Assembly: GCA_002269645.1 (NCBI GenBank)
Contig: NIVC01003161.1
Coordinates: forward strand, 1 to 64,000
Direction of reading: 5' to 3'
From: Macrostomum lignano
Taxonomy: Eukaryota
DNA length: 64,000 bases
The notes under the pieces are model-generated. The model saw only the letters and a program-made list of their open reading frames with translations, had not been told where the DNA came from and made no database searches. Positions 45,571 to 57,940 of the stretch are shown here, piece by piece. A program made the translations under genes and the position numbers. The first letter of the stretch is position 1. Each line of letters begins with the position of its first letter.

Positions 45571-45938
45571 GGTTTAATAGTATCAAGTCAACTTGGCTTA
45601 GCAAAGAAGTAAAAACTGATCTGTCGGGTCGTACAAACTTTCGCACCATAATAAATAGCCAGTGTCTCTGCTTTATAACCATAGACAACTCGGGACTCCG
45701 TATGTTAAGGCGGATACAAGTCACTCTTGCTGAGTCCAATAGGAATGAGCCATGTGTGCATGGTACCAAGAATTTCGACCATAGACATGTGTGGCTTGTA
45801 GCAAAAGCCTCACCTCCTTGGTGCAGATTGGCGCATAAAACTATAATACAAGTAATACAAAACTTTGCAAAGCTGCTGTACTTTTTGACTTTATAGAACT
45901 GTTCTACTCGTAGAATGCATACAAAGCTTTATATATTA

Positions 45939-46935
45939 TCTCTACATATAAAAATCAAAACTCTGTCTGTCTGTCTGTCTGTCTGTCTGTGGACAAATTA
46001 AAATTTCCTAAATTTGAGTCTTCCTACCTAAAAGTACAAAAAACTGCTCAAAATGCGCGATTTTTTCACTTAATCCTCCATAGCGCCGCTCCACTTCTAC
46101 CGATCCTCTTCAAATTTGACACAATCAATTTTCAACTATTTTGACACAATCGTGTAAAATTTCGAGTCTCAAAGTTAATCCTGAACGGCGCTGTGCACTT
46201 TTAAAGTTTGGCTGTTTTTTCAGCGAGACAGCCACCCCAACCTCCGCCCGCCTGCCTTTCTTTCTTTCTTGGATGAGGAAGATGGCAATCGATAAGACTA
46301 GCATAGTTGTCTGTGGTACAAAAAGCGATACGATGCAATCCTGATTCCTGAATTAGTCACACAAAATAGAATTTGTTACACTAAGTCCTATTTAAAGGCA
46401 CTTTAAAATTCAAATGCCCCCAAAGAAAAGCGCATTGGGTCGTTTCACTGCTGCAGCTAGACGATGGAGATCTACAAGGCAAAGCAATGCGGCTGAAGCA
46501 GGAACATCACATAGCACAGAGGAAGCAGACAACACAGGTAGCTCTGCCCAGGCCAGATCGAGTGCAAGTGCCTTAGGAGAACAAGCCCAGAAAAGAAGCC
46601 TTCGACCACCGACAAGATCATCGACATCAGCAGCCGGCGCCAGCACTTCCGATGGAACTGGAAGTACACAGGTTCCTCTCAGGGCTGCAAATTGGGAAGA
46701 AAGACGACGTGAACAAAATAGACAGCAAACAGCCGAGGCACGACGCAATGAAACGACTGTTCAGACTCAGCAACGACAGGAACGGGACAGAGATCAGACC
46801 GCAGAGGCACGACGCAATGAAACGACTGTCCAGACTCAGCAACGACAGGAGCGGGACAGAGATCAGACCGCAGAGGCACGACGCAATGAAACGACTGTCC
46901 AGACTCAGCAACGACAGGAGCGGGACAGAGATCAG
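45939..46935 (+). mobile_element. 5' portion of a Helitron-like element with truncated RepHel N-terminus
   Basis: Begins a|TCTCTACATATAAAAATC followed by (CTGT)n. ORF 46414 MPPKKSALGRFT... with three 19-aa RQERDRDQTAEARRNETTVQ repeats resembles Helitron N-termini. No Rep or helicase motifs and no clear 3' CTRR end. Confidence 0.6.
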
Positions 46936-47825
46936 TGTTTAGGTCTAGAAGAAAAGAACTAGAAGATTGATTTGCAAAGAAAGTTGGCAGAATAAAGCTT
47001 GGTACTTCTACTGTTAATTTGCAGTTTGAATACTAAAATGTTTTTTATCACTCCCCAAATATGTTATTGTTCCTTATCGGTTTTGCTGTTGTCCTGCATA
47101 TTCACTCTGCTTAGTTTCTCTAGAATAGCCTACTTAAACAGTACAATTACTTTTCTTTTTTTACTTAGTCTTAGACAGCAACTGCTGTACAGCTTCTTTT
47201 TTGTTATGCTTGAAAGCTACGTATTAATCCCATCTCCTTTACTTAAAAATATTCAGACAGATTCTATACTGTCCTAATGCTGTAAGCGTTTGTGTAGTCT
47301 TAGTTTCTATTCTGTTCTGCTGTATTCTATTCTAGAAATATACTTTTTAATACACATTTATATCAAGTTTCGTTCACACCTCTATCCAACTATTAACAAG
47401 TTTTGAGTATGACTTTGGATTTTAAAATACATGCAAAAATGGTTCCGGGGATTTGAATTCCCCAGGTTCAAAATCCGCGGGTTTCAACAGCTTGTGCTTA
47501 ATAAGACTGGTATTGCTAAGCTTTTTTGCTGAAGAAACCACGCAACAGTATTCCTTCTGCTTCCCTGCCTTATTAAGGAACCAATTCCAGTAAAACAAAA
47601 GGCCCTCCGCCATCGCTTCTCTGAAATATTCACCCAATTAAAGAGAAAATGCATCACTTCTGCTTGTTTAAAGAGCTGTTTTTTCAGAAAATTGGCTCCA
47701 CATTTTGCAGAATAGATTATTAGGAGTAGAATTGGTGTCTGTACAGCACTGGCGCGCTTGCATGTGCTCAAGATGTAGAGTGTTCTACCTCCCGTAAAAA
47801 GTAAAGTGTTAATCATAGAATGCTA

Positions 47826-49105
47826 TAAGTAAGTCAGCCAAAAGTTTCCGGAATTTTTTAGAATCGAACTTTTAGTTAATTTTTGTCTATGGAAAAGCTT
47901 AAAAGCAGCAACCATCTACTATGCTGTTGGCCAGCCTTATCATCACTCTTTAGCTTAACATTGCTCAGTTTCCCAGACCCTGCCTACTTAAGCCAGCAAG
48001 CGCATCCAATGGAACTGCCAAGAACTGAATGGCGAGCAATTCTGCTCAACCACTTTCATGCGGGACGCAACGCAGCAGAAGCACATCGCGAGTTGTTGCA
48101 GCTGATGGGCCCACATGCACCCTCCAAGTCGTCGGTGTACGACTGGTTCTCTTGCTTTGCTGAGGAGAACTATGAGCTGAAGGACAAGCCGAGGTCAGGC
48201 CGACCCCCTGCTGCTGATGGCGATGCCGTTCTCCAAGCCCTTGAGGACAATCCGGACTACAGCGTGCGCAAGCTGTCAGCCGCTACTGGGGTGTCCTATG
48301 GCACGGTCCGGCGGAGCCTGCATGCTGCAGACAAGGTGCCGAAGAAGCCAACTCTGGTGCCCCATGAGCTGACACCTCAGCAGCTGAGAGCCAGGGTGAA
48401 TGTGGCAACTTCGAATCTTCGCCAGGCCGGTTCGCCAAACTTTCTCAAGTCGATAATCGCTCAAGACGAGAAGTGGGTCTGCTATGAGAACCCAAGCACA
48501 TCAGCCGTCTGGGTCGATGCTTCTGAAGAACCACCCAGCTGCCCAATGCGGAACCCCCACTGCGGCAAGGAGCTGCTCTCTTTCTGGTTCTGTTCGTCTG
48601 GCCCTGTTTTCTGGGAGGTCATCCCGCATGGCATGGCTGTGAACGCGGAGGTGATCTGCAGCGAACTGGAGCAGGTCGCCCGTTTGCTGCGATCCGTGTG
48701 CCCGGGACACCGCGACAAGGTGCTCCTCTTCGACAATGCGCGGCCTCACAAAGCAAGACTCACCCAGGCCAAGCTGGCAAGCCTGGGCTTCAGTGTTTTG
48801 CCCCACCCACCATACTCGCCAGACCTCTCGCCATGCGACTACCATGTGTTCAGGTCTCTCCAGAGCTTTTGTGATGGACAGCGGTTCGCCAACAAGCAAC
48901 ATGTGGAGCAGGCAGTGCAGAAATGGATTGATTCAAAGCCTGCGAGCTTCTGGAGGGAGGGGATTGACGCATTGCCAGCAAGATGGGAGAGGGTCAAGGC
49001 CTTGAATGGCAACTACATCACATCGCTGTAAACTGTTTGTTCTTGACACTATTTGTTATAGTTTTAAAATGTTCAAATTCCGGAAACTTTTGGCTCACCC
49101 TAATA
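47826..49105 (+). mobile_element. Mariner (Tc1/mariner, D,D34D) DNA transposon, ~1.28 kb
   Basis: Perfect 21-bp inverted repeat AGCCAAAAGTTTCCGGAATTT (47836-47856 / 49075-49095). Right end reads TATTAGGGTGAGCC on the minus strand. Encloses a transposase ORF. Confidence 0.93.
48009..49031 (+). CDS. Intact mariner transposase, 340 aa
   Basis: ATG at 48009; HTH region, LVPHEL (WVPHEL-like), QDEKW, FDNARPH, YSPDLSPCDY with 34 residues between the 2nd and 3rd Asp; no stops. Confidence 0.93.
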   Translation: MELPRTEWRAILLNHFHAGRNAAEAHRELLQLMGPHAPSKSSVYDWFSCFAEENYELKDKPRSGRPPAADGDAVLQALEDNPDYSVRKLSAATGVSYGTVRRSLHAADKVPKKPTLVPHELTPQQLRARVNVATSNLRQAGSPNFLKSIIAQDEKWVCYENPSTSAVWVDASEEPPSCPMRNPHCGKELLSFWFCSSGPVFWEVIPHGMAVNAEVICSELEQVARLLRSVCPGHRDKVLLFDNARPHKARLTQAKLASLGFSVLPHPPYSPDLSPCDYHVFRSLQSFCDGQRFANKQHVEQAVQKWIDSKPASFWREGIDALPARWERVKALNGNYITSL

Positions 49106-49134
49106 AGTGCACGCATGCGCACCTAAACTTTAAG

Positions 49135-49290
49135 GATGATTCATGTTGCTATTTATGGCAGCAGAATGATTCATGTTGCTATTTATAGCAGCAGAATGAT
49201 TCATGTTACTATTTACAGCAGCAGAATGAGTCATGTTACTATTTATAACCACACGATGAATCATGTTACCCCTTATAGCGCAACACGTGA
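49135..49290. repeat. 29-bp tandem repeat
   Basis: atgattcatgtt(g/a)ctattta..gcagcaga, about 5 copies. Confidence 0.85.
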
Positions 49291-49719
49291 ATCATGTTAC
49301 TATTTTTGGCCCACAAAATCGTCTATAAATACAAGCGGTCCAAAGCGGTACCGGAGTCAACTCCCGACGACAGGAGAAGCTCCGAAGAGGTTGTCTTTAG
49401 GAAGACTCCCTAGCTCACCAGTCGAACGAAAGACTTGATCAAGTGTTGCGGTTAGCCTTTCTTATTTGCGCCAGTTGTTGTTGAGACGTCTCGCTCAAGT
49501 CTAGTGTGTCTTGAGTCTATTTGAGTCTGTTGAGACTCTTGAGTCTGTTTGGACTCCCTTGGCAGTAGTCGCCCCGAAGGACTACCCTAGTAGATCTTAG
49601 AGGAGCTACTAGAGATATCCGGAGCATTACCTAGAGTGCATCGAGGCACTACTAGAAGAAGAAGGCTTAATTGATACCGCTATTCGGCGCAGGGTACCCA
49701 TTGTTGATACGAGGCCTCT

Positions 49720-50248
49720 GGGGGGGTGTTTATCGAAACTCACGTAAGTTCTATGGTAAGTTAGATCGTAAGAAAGAAGTTTACGTGTAGCGTAAGTTTG
49801 CTCGTAAAACGCTTTCTCAAAACTCACTTAGACTTTGCGTGGCTTACGCTGTTCGTAAGTCGTATCTGAAACGAAAATTTGCATGTCTATGGTCATAAAT
49901 CTGTAAATATCTTTACTTAGTCTATCGTAAGTTGCTTTCGAGAAAGACCCACCTTCGATAAAGTTTAACTTGACTTGGCTTGACTAAAGCTTCACGTACT
50001 ATGCGATTAGTGCTTAAGTGCGTCTTACGACCCATACCGAGCAGTCGTAGGGTTAAGATCAACCTTACGAAAGACCATAGACATACGAACGTTTCGAGAA
50101 ACAGTCTTTTGCGCAAAGTTACGAACTCGTAAAGTTGCGATCGATCTTACGCATAGCTAACTTGCGAGCCCTTCGAGCAACCCGTAAGTGTAGCTTACCC
50201 AACTTACGTCTATGGTCGATCGTAAGTTGCTTTCGAGAAAGACCCCCT
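49720..50248. mobile_element. ~530-bp MITE-like element with G-rich imperfect TIRs (Harbinger-like termini)
   Basis: Left GGGGGGGTGTTTATCGAAA; right TTTCGAGAAAGACCCCC. Many internal CTTACG/CGTAAG motifs, and an internal copy of the right end at ~49925-49950. TSD not resolved. Confidence 0.55.
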
Positions 50249-50872
50249 GATTGGTCCTGACTGCAGATACCGGCCGGAAGTAACTTCATTGGAAATACAG
50301 TACAAGAAGCACCAGGACCAGAGAAGCGGATCCAAGACAGTGACCAGATCTACACGAGATCTACTGACGAGTTCCTAGCGAGAACTACTCAAGAAATTCA
50401 AATCCGGATTGAAGGTAATTAACTACCTTCATTTGATTACTGGGTTGCCTAGCAAAGAGCTAGAAGTGATTGTTCCTTGATTATCAAAGGACTGGTAGTA
50501 AGGAACACATCAAAGAGTCAGTGGAGTTGGCCGGATTGCGTCAGCACTCACAGCCTTCGATTTATTGATTTTATTGATTTATTTTTAGACCATATAAAAC
50601 AAAAGACTGTCTGAATCACTCATTTTAGTGAGCGCTGAAATGGAGGATATTTCACTCATTACAGAAGTCTTTTTCAACAGGGCCTCTAGTGTACTCGCTA
50701 ACATACGGTAAGAGAAGCAGAATTTCCAGCCAATAGAAAGCAGCAAAATTTACTGGCTAACGGGAGGCTAAACAACGCATTACAATATATATAGCTAACT
50801 GTAAGCACCATGACAAATTCTAATAGACTGCAAGCTACTGTCACTCGGAAATTGCTAACTCTTTTCCAGGCA

Positions 50873-51930
50873 ATGCCTCCAGGTAAAAGATAAAACTTCT
50901 TAACTGCACAGGGGCCCTTTTTAATCTACAGAAAGTATCAATTATCATTTTAGAAAATTGGATTTTCCTTGTCCTACAACTGCTGGGTTTTCTGACTGTC
51001 TGCCAGTGCAGGTCCGGAGACACCTGGACTCAGGTGCAGGTGCAGTGCCTGTCTGAGGCCGCCGCGATTTACCGAGCGCAGGCGAGCAGCGATGTGCACT
51101 GCTCTGTGATCGCGTCCAGCAAGCAGAAAGTCGGAATCATTTTGGCCCAGTTCGAGCCGGCCTCTCTCCGCTGCAGTCTCTTCCGCTACCAGTCCGTGTG
51201 TCGCGACCTTGTCTCTGGCGGTGCGAGCAGCGACTGCCGAGTGCTCATCCGATTTCCGATCAAATATCCGGCTCAGCTCAACCCGAAGCTCACAAACGTG
51301 TGGCTCGGAGACGACATGTCTGCATTTGAGAATGTCGTGTGCCAGGCTGACGAAGAGACCAACCGAATTTATCCGGTCGGAGTCCAGTGGACAGAGGAGG
51401 GCGCCGCGTTCGATGGGAGCAGCTCGTTTCTGGCCATGAACAAGAGCGACATCGGGTTCGGCACAGGCGTCACGGTGCTGCTCAGGATGAAGCGGCAGCC
51501 GCAGGTGCAGCCGCTGTTTGAGTTCCTGGACTGCGCCAACTTTGCCACAGGACCTTACTACCACCACATCTGGGAGTATTCCTCAGTATCAAGGTTCTAT
51601 GTCCTCTTCTACGATACTAATTCAGTACGTAACAGAATCATGTCGTCAGCCCTTCTTACCGCGAACGCCGGCGAGTGGATTGACCTCGGATTCACGTCGA
51701 CACCGACAACAGACTCTTATGGAATGTTTGTGAACGCCTCCTTCTTGCCGATGTCTGCCATCGATTTTCATACTGTAACTGCTTCTATTTCGGTGTCAAA
51801 GTTCTGCTTTCGGTTCGGCAAGCGGTACAATCATGCCACCCTATTCAAGGGCTCGGTCAAGGCCATCGCAATCGGCAACAGCTTCATGAACGAAACCGAG
51901 ATTCGAGACTTCTTTGCCGCCCTGCCGTGA
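50873..51930 (+). CDS. Secreted protein, 328 aa: signal peptide, Cys-rich (PAN/apple-like) N-domain, LamG/concanavalin-A-like domain (paralogue 1, intact)
   Basis: join(50873..50882,50954..51930): ATGCCTCCAG|gtaaaa...ttttag|AAAATTGG. SP WIFLVLQLLGFLTVCQC; LamG-like motifs GAAFDGSSSFL, TVLLRMK, GEWIDLGFT, FKGSVKAIAI. Confidence 0.8.
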
Positions 51931-52789
51931 GGAGCAGCTCAGCAACTGGTGGACTCGCTGCAGTTTAAACTGTGAACTCACGACGATTTTTAGGTTTCTA
52001 AGCTTACACTTAAGTCAATAGGTGTTACCTTTTTGCGTCTTAATTCATCTGATTTGTGCAGGAATAAATTTCTTAAGCAGTGTTTGAATTTCTATTGACT
52101 TTTTCCTGTCGCTGTCTCTGATTTCTTTACTCGATTTACGGATATTTACAGACATGACGTGCAAATTGTTTCTTCGGCTAAAGCAGTGACACCTAAAGTT
52201 TCTGTAGTAAAGATTCGATTAAAACTCTCTTCAAACGTTGTGGTTTTCTTCTTAGCAGTCGAAGTCTATACTGTTTTACTTAAAAATTATTATTAGGTAA
52301 TCTAGGCGTCCTTTGTCGTATCATATCCATATCAGATTCTGTTCGAATGTTTATTAAGAAAGAAAGTGCTTTACTCTTTCAAAGCTGTTTCTAACTCTTA
52401 ATCAGAGTTATACTTTAAAATTTTATTGCGATTAGATAGCAAATTTAATATAGAAATGTACGTAAGTATTTTAGTATTTGTCAATATACTTTTCAACAAC
52501 GTTCCATAACAATAGTCTTGCTTATTAACTATCAGATTAGGACAAAGACAATGAGAATTTGGATAGGTACAGAGAGTTACCCTAGCTTACCAAACCATGC
52601 AGATTTCTGGAAGCCGGCTCCGATTCAAATTTGAAAATAATATCCTGATACAAACTGGAAGACCGCCGCCACTTCTTCATGAACACTGGCTTGCTAGCGC
52701 GTCGCTTATCGCATATCGCATATCGAGGTATCGCATATCTCCGTCGAAATCTATCGACACCAGCAAAATGTATCGGCCGCTCAACGCCG

Positions 52790-54070
52790 TCTTGGATCTG
52801 GGAGGAATTCGTCGCTGGTGTCGCTGATGACGATCGCGTCCGCGCTCAATCAAAGTGCGCCAGGCTTGGTGGATTGACGTTTGCCTCCTTCAACGCCTGG
52901 AACGCTCGCTCGCTCGCTCGCATTCGGCTGTCTAATTTGAACTCGGCGTCCCTCATGAGCAGAAGCCTCTGAGGCGCCGTGACTTCGGCAAAGTTGGGCA
53001 CGGACCGCATCAGGTAGTTGGAGGATCCCAGAAACGCCTGCAGTTCATTCTTTTTTGCCTGTGCGTGCAGCTCCTTGAAGGCCTTAGTTTGAGACACTGA
53101 CAGTCGCATGCCGTCAGCCGAAAATACAAAGCCGAAGAACTCGATCTCGGTCCTCCGCAGCTGGCATTTGTCCATTGTTGGCCTTCAGGCCGACTTCTTC
53201 CAGTCGCTTCAACAGAGCGCAGAGCATTGAGTCGTGCTCGGCCTCCATTGCTCCGTAGAAGATAAAGTCATCCAAGATGTGCTCCACTCCGGGCAGGCCG
53301 GCTACCAGGTGGCTCAGCATCCTTCTAAGGCCGCTGGCGCTGACGCTAGGCCGAACGGCACTCGGAAGAATCGGTAAGCGCTAGGCCGAACGGCACCCGG
53401 AAGAATCGGTAAGCGCTGGGCCGAACGGCACTCGGAAGAATCGGTAAACGCTAGGCCGAACGGCACCCGGAAGAATCGGTAAGCGCTAGGCCGAACGGCA
53501 CCCGGAAGAATCGGTAAGCGCTGGGCCGAACGGCACCCGGAAGAATCGGTACAAGCTCTAGTGTGTTATGAATGTCCTCAGTTCATGTGATGACTCGTGG
53601 AGCTGCATCTGCATGTAGCCCGTCTTGTGGTCGATCTTGGAGAACACCTGACCGCCGGCTGTCTTGCTCATCACCGAGCATATCTCGTCCAGCTGAGGCA
53701 TCGGGCGCCGGTCGATTACGAGCGACTTGTTCAGCTCGCGAACGTCGATTCAGACTCAAATCTAGCCGTCCTTCTAGTTAGCGACCAACAAATTAGAAAT
53801 CCAAAGGCTGGAGTTCACTCGCTCGATGATGCCTACTACTTTCATACGGTGCAGCTCTTCACCGACTTGTTGCTGCTTTGCCAGAGGCAAGTGGCACAGT
53901 GGCTGCTGTACTAGCGGCACCGCCGCGTTGATCTTCGGTTGGTGTACCGCTCCTTTGCCCGATTGAGCCACTGAAGACCGCTGGGTACTCCTTTGCGATA
54001 TCGATGCTGGCAAATGAGGTGCAAATGACGAGTGAAGCATTCTGTGTAGAGAAGTTTAAGTGATTGACTT
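52790..54070 (-). mobile_element. Degenerate Ty3/Gypsy pol (RT) fragment
   Basis: EELHRMKVVGIIERV..W.SNL, FSKIDHKTGYMQM, YRFFRVPFGL, ILDDFIF (YxDD), KCQLRRTEIEFFGFVFS, ELQAFLGSSNY, with stops and frameshifts. LTRs not seen. Confidence 0.88.
53341..53549. repeat. 35-bp minisatellite inside the Gypsy RT
   Basis: Unit gcgctaggccgaacggcac(t/c)cggaagaatcggtaa, about 6 copies. Confidence 0.9.
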
Positions 54071-54229
54071 GAATTAGCAGCAATTGACTTCTTCAACTGG
54101 AACAGATTCTTTGAAACGAGGCAAAAGAACCGAAGAAAAATTTGCTGCTCACATAACTTTTGAGTCAGCCGTCAAGACTGGCAGCATCGCTCTACTCAGA
54201 AAGTCATACTTAATTACTGAGGGGGGGGG

Positions 54230-55440
54230 GGCAGGACGCCGCGATTAGGCCGTGAGGCCCCTATCGCAACCCCCAGCTAAAAACAGAAAGGCGTTAGCCT
54301 TGGGGCTGCACCCACCTTGCCAGCAGCAGAAGAGCTCGCGAGGGTGGCGTCCGCGATCTTCATCCGTCCAGAGTCCCGAACGAATGCGCGTAGGTCCCGG
54401 ATCCGGTCCGGAGTGGTGAGCTCGTTCAGCCCTAGCGGGCGACCGAGGTGACGTCTCCGCGCCTCGTTGAAGTGCGGGCAGAAAGTGAAGTGGTGCGTCG
54501 AGGTTTCCTCCTCTAAATCACAGAAGGGGCAGATAGGGGAGCAACCACTTTGTAGTGAAATATGTCTCTGGAAGAAGCCATGGCCAGAAATTACCATGCA
54601 CATCTCCATGAGGTCAGTTTTACTTAAGGAGATTAGATAGTCAAATACTTTCCGGTTTATGGCAGGCATTGCCGTTCGTGTTTGCCGACATTCGGAGCAG
54701 CTGTTCCAGTGCATCTGGTGTTGGTGGTTCAGCCATTCTTGATGGCGCGGTTGACTGATGACTTCGGAGAAGGTAACTTGACCGAGCGTTGCGCTCCATC
54801 CGGGATGCTACCCCGTTTGGTGAGTTGATCCACTAGCTCGTTGCCGAGGATGTTGCTGTAACCTGGTGTACAGATAACATTGATCCTGTTGAGAATCGCC
54901 ATGGTCTGCAAGCTTTTGAAGCAGTCTGAAACTGACTTGGTTGAGAGCTTGATGAAAGACAAGGCCTTAATAGCGGCCTGACTGTCAAAGTAAAAATTTA
55001 TGTCCAAGCTGCTGATGCCAGCTTTGTGCTAATGCTCAGCGCACTGTTTGATGGCCATAACTTCGGATTGAAAAACTGAGACATTCTCACCAAGATGAAG
55101 ACTCTCTTGTAAGATCGCCTCACCCTTGTGGAAAATGGCTATGCCCGCGCCAGCCAGGTCGTCACACAGGGATCCGTCAGTGAAGCAGTGAATGCCATGG
55201 CTTCTCCGGTTGATGCCCACGTTCATTGGGTGCATCCCTCGCGGCGGAAGGGTACACTTGAAGCCCTTCCTGAGAATGAGAGTGTGGGGTTTACAGTCCA
55301 TCTCGTCTAAATTGAGTTGGATGTGTTGAAGGTCGCAACGGATGTAATCCAGATGTGGGATGGGAGTCTTCTCAGGCATGAAGCCCGATGGGCTCAGAAA
55401 GTCATGGTGACGGGTCTGTTTGATGCTGTATGTGTTACTC
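54230..55440 (-). mobile_element. 5'-truncated non-LTR retrotransposon with RNase H and CCHC domain (R1/Loa-like)
   Basis: RNase H motifs [38 protein letters not shown]; C-terminal SGHG...[18 protein letters not shown]; frameshifted. Confidence 0.88.
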
Positions 55441-56524
55441 TCGGCCGGTTAATGATGCAAACGTCCTATCTCTGAATATGGTTTCTAAATGTCTTTTGTT
55501 CCTTCGCCTTTTGCTCCTAATTGCACTTCTTGCAGTGCTTTGCTTAACTACATGCATGTACGTCTTGTCTTAATAAACTATCGTACTGGTATTTTGTGGT
55601 CCCTGGTCTGGAGTCTTCTGCAACTCTTCTGTTGCTTTTTCATCGTTATATCTGCAATTTAGCGTAGATCAAAGCATTGCCGAGTGGGCCTAAGCCACGT
55701 TAATGATGCTTCGTAAAATAATACGCAATCTTGAGAAGATTCAAGTAAAAGCCATGTTGACAAGACATCGGAGACATTTAACTTTTCTATACGAAGATGA
55801 ATTCTTCATCAGAACTCTGCGTGGAATTTTTACTCCTTACTTTTGTCTATCTCTCCATCGCCACTTCTTCCAGCAGCGAATGATTCAGTGGAAAACCTTA
55901 GAACTCAACTTCTTTGCATTGTCTGCAAATCCAATTTAAAAATTCAAGCGAAACGGTGGATGAGAGGCCACTGCAAGCGGCTGCAGTCACGCAACTGAGA
56001 CGCCAGCATCAGGGGATAGGCTTGCTGTGTCTCATTAACGGTTTTCAGATCTGCCAAAACGCAGCTTCACTTGCTAAGGATGGGGCGTAGGCTGTATTGG
56101 CTGTTTTATTTGGAATTAATTGGCAAATGATTCTTCCAAACGCTGGAAGAAGTCTTGAAGCAGAGTTTCAGCCAGACCCATTTCGCTATTCACCTGCCGC
56201 TGAAGAATTTTTTCAGAGTTTTGGGGACAATGTCAGCCTCATTAAAAATGCATCCAGCTGATGAGGCGTAGTGGCAAGCAAAATTTGTTTAAATTGACAA
56301 TGGTAGCCCAAAGCAATGGGAAAGAAATGAAACACTTTTTTAGAGAGGTGCCTTACAATACTTCCATCAGGCGCGCAAGCACTCGACTATATACATGCAT
56401 GTGGGGCCGGCTCAGAGTCTGAGGGAAGTCAAACAGAGTCTAAAAGCCAGACGGACTGTGCAAAATTTCTGATTGAACATTGAAAAAAATCTAGCAATAC
56501 TGGACACCAAAAATTGACGTCAAA

Positions 56525-56992
56525 ATGTGTACAGGTAAGAAATAAGCACAAGCATCCTGTTTCATTCGAATCCATGATTTAAAAGTGTAATTTGACCGTC
56601 AAAACCTTCAGTTTCTTTTCTGCTTGCGTGGCTTGAGTTGATGGCTTTTATGACTGGCTGCCAGTGCAGAGCCGGAGACACCTGGACTCGCATGCAGGTG
56701 CAGTACCTGTCCGATGCTGCCGCATTCCGCATCTCCGAGGCGGTCAGCCACCAGCACTGCTGCATGCTGGCATCCAGCTCTGTCTTATCCGGCATTCTCA
56801 TTGCCCAGTTCGAGCCGGCCTCTCTCCACTGCAGTCTCTTCCGCTACCAGTCCGTGTGTCGCGACCTTGTCTCTGGCGGTGCGAGCAGCGACTGCCGAGT
56901 GCTCATCCGATTTCCGATCAAATATCCGGCTCAGCTCGACCCGAAGCTCACAAACGTGTGGCTCGGAGACGACATGTCTGCATTTGAGAATG
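56525..56992 (+). pseudogene. 3'-truncated LamG-family paralogue 2
   Basis: Micro-exon ATGTGTACAG|gtaaga (56525-56534) and exon from 56612, the same structure as paralogue 1. Homology stops at GDDMSAFEN (~56992). Confidence 0.8.
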
Positions 56993-57940
56993 CATTTGTC
57001 AAATTCGCTCATTCCTGCCCTCAAATCCATAGTCAGAACTATGTTGTTTCACGATTGGCCATAGACTAAAACAGCGGGCACGGAATCTGCCGTCTTGCCC
57101 GCGAAATCGTGAGACAACACCAGAAGTTCCAGTAGTACTTCGTATATATATAGTACCCTAAATTCTGCATATGGAAATTACGTAGCCATCATAAAAATTA
57201 ATGTGCAAATTATTGCACAAGTTAGCCTGACATAGCTCGTAATGTGTTTCTGCATTCTCAGAAATTACCTCGTAAGACGCTACGCACTCGAATTCGTGCA
57301 AATGTTCGTTGTGGCCTGGTTTTATTCGCTGTACATTACGTTAGCGAGATAAGAAGTTTTCAGTTTTTCACTCAAGTTCACAATATATCCACCTTCTGGA
57401 CTTCTGGATCTTTGAGCCTCTGGGACTAATCCATAGCCAGATTTATAAGTACCACCGGGCTAACACATGATAATCAAAACTGACCGAATTAAAAAAACGT
57501 TCGCAGAAAAAGACCCTATATAGAGTGCGGTGTTGGCACTAACCGTTTTTTTCCTAATATTGTGCTGATAGTGCAGGTGGGAAAAGCCAAGCTGCTCACC
57601 AAACCTGGTAGTTTAAGTGGTAGCTAATTACTAGCCTCAAGTACTCCAGCAATGCTCATTAGCTCATTTATCCTGAGAGTTGTCCCTAATTATTTCAATA
57701 TTTGACTATCGCTAAGAAAAGCTAATAGAAGAGGAGACGATGGATATAGGAAAGTCAGCGTGATATCTTTAAATACAGCAGTTTAGCCTTGTCAGAAATT
57801 CTGCATTTGAAGACATTAAATTATTATATATGAATTCCTACTCTTATTCATTCTTGCAGCATATTTTGGACATGAACTGCTGTCAGACAGTCAATAATAC
57901 CTTCACTTTTAAAATTTCAAAGGTTTTAATTTCATTTCAG

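Noticed and set aside
47422-47637. BED-finger-like peptide KEYCC...NTSLIKHK
   Set aside because: Cys/His spacing is not convincing and there is no adjoining transposase sequence.
47883-48008. N-terminal extension of the transposase in the ORF track
   Set aside because: Starts at a TTG; the ATG at 48009 gives the typical ~340-aa mariner length.
50267-50414. Open + strand segment ending in a phase-1 donor as the first exon of LamG paralogue 1
   Set aside because: No in-frame ATG; the 10-nt ATG micro-exon at 50873 mirrors paralogue 2 and explains the gene start.
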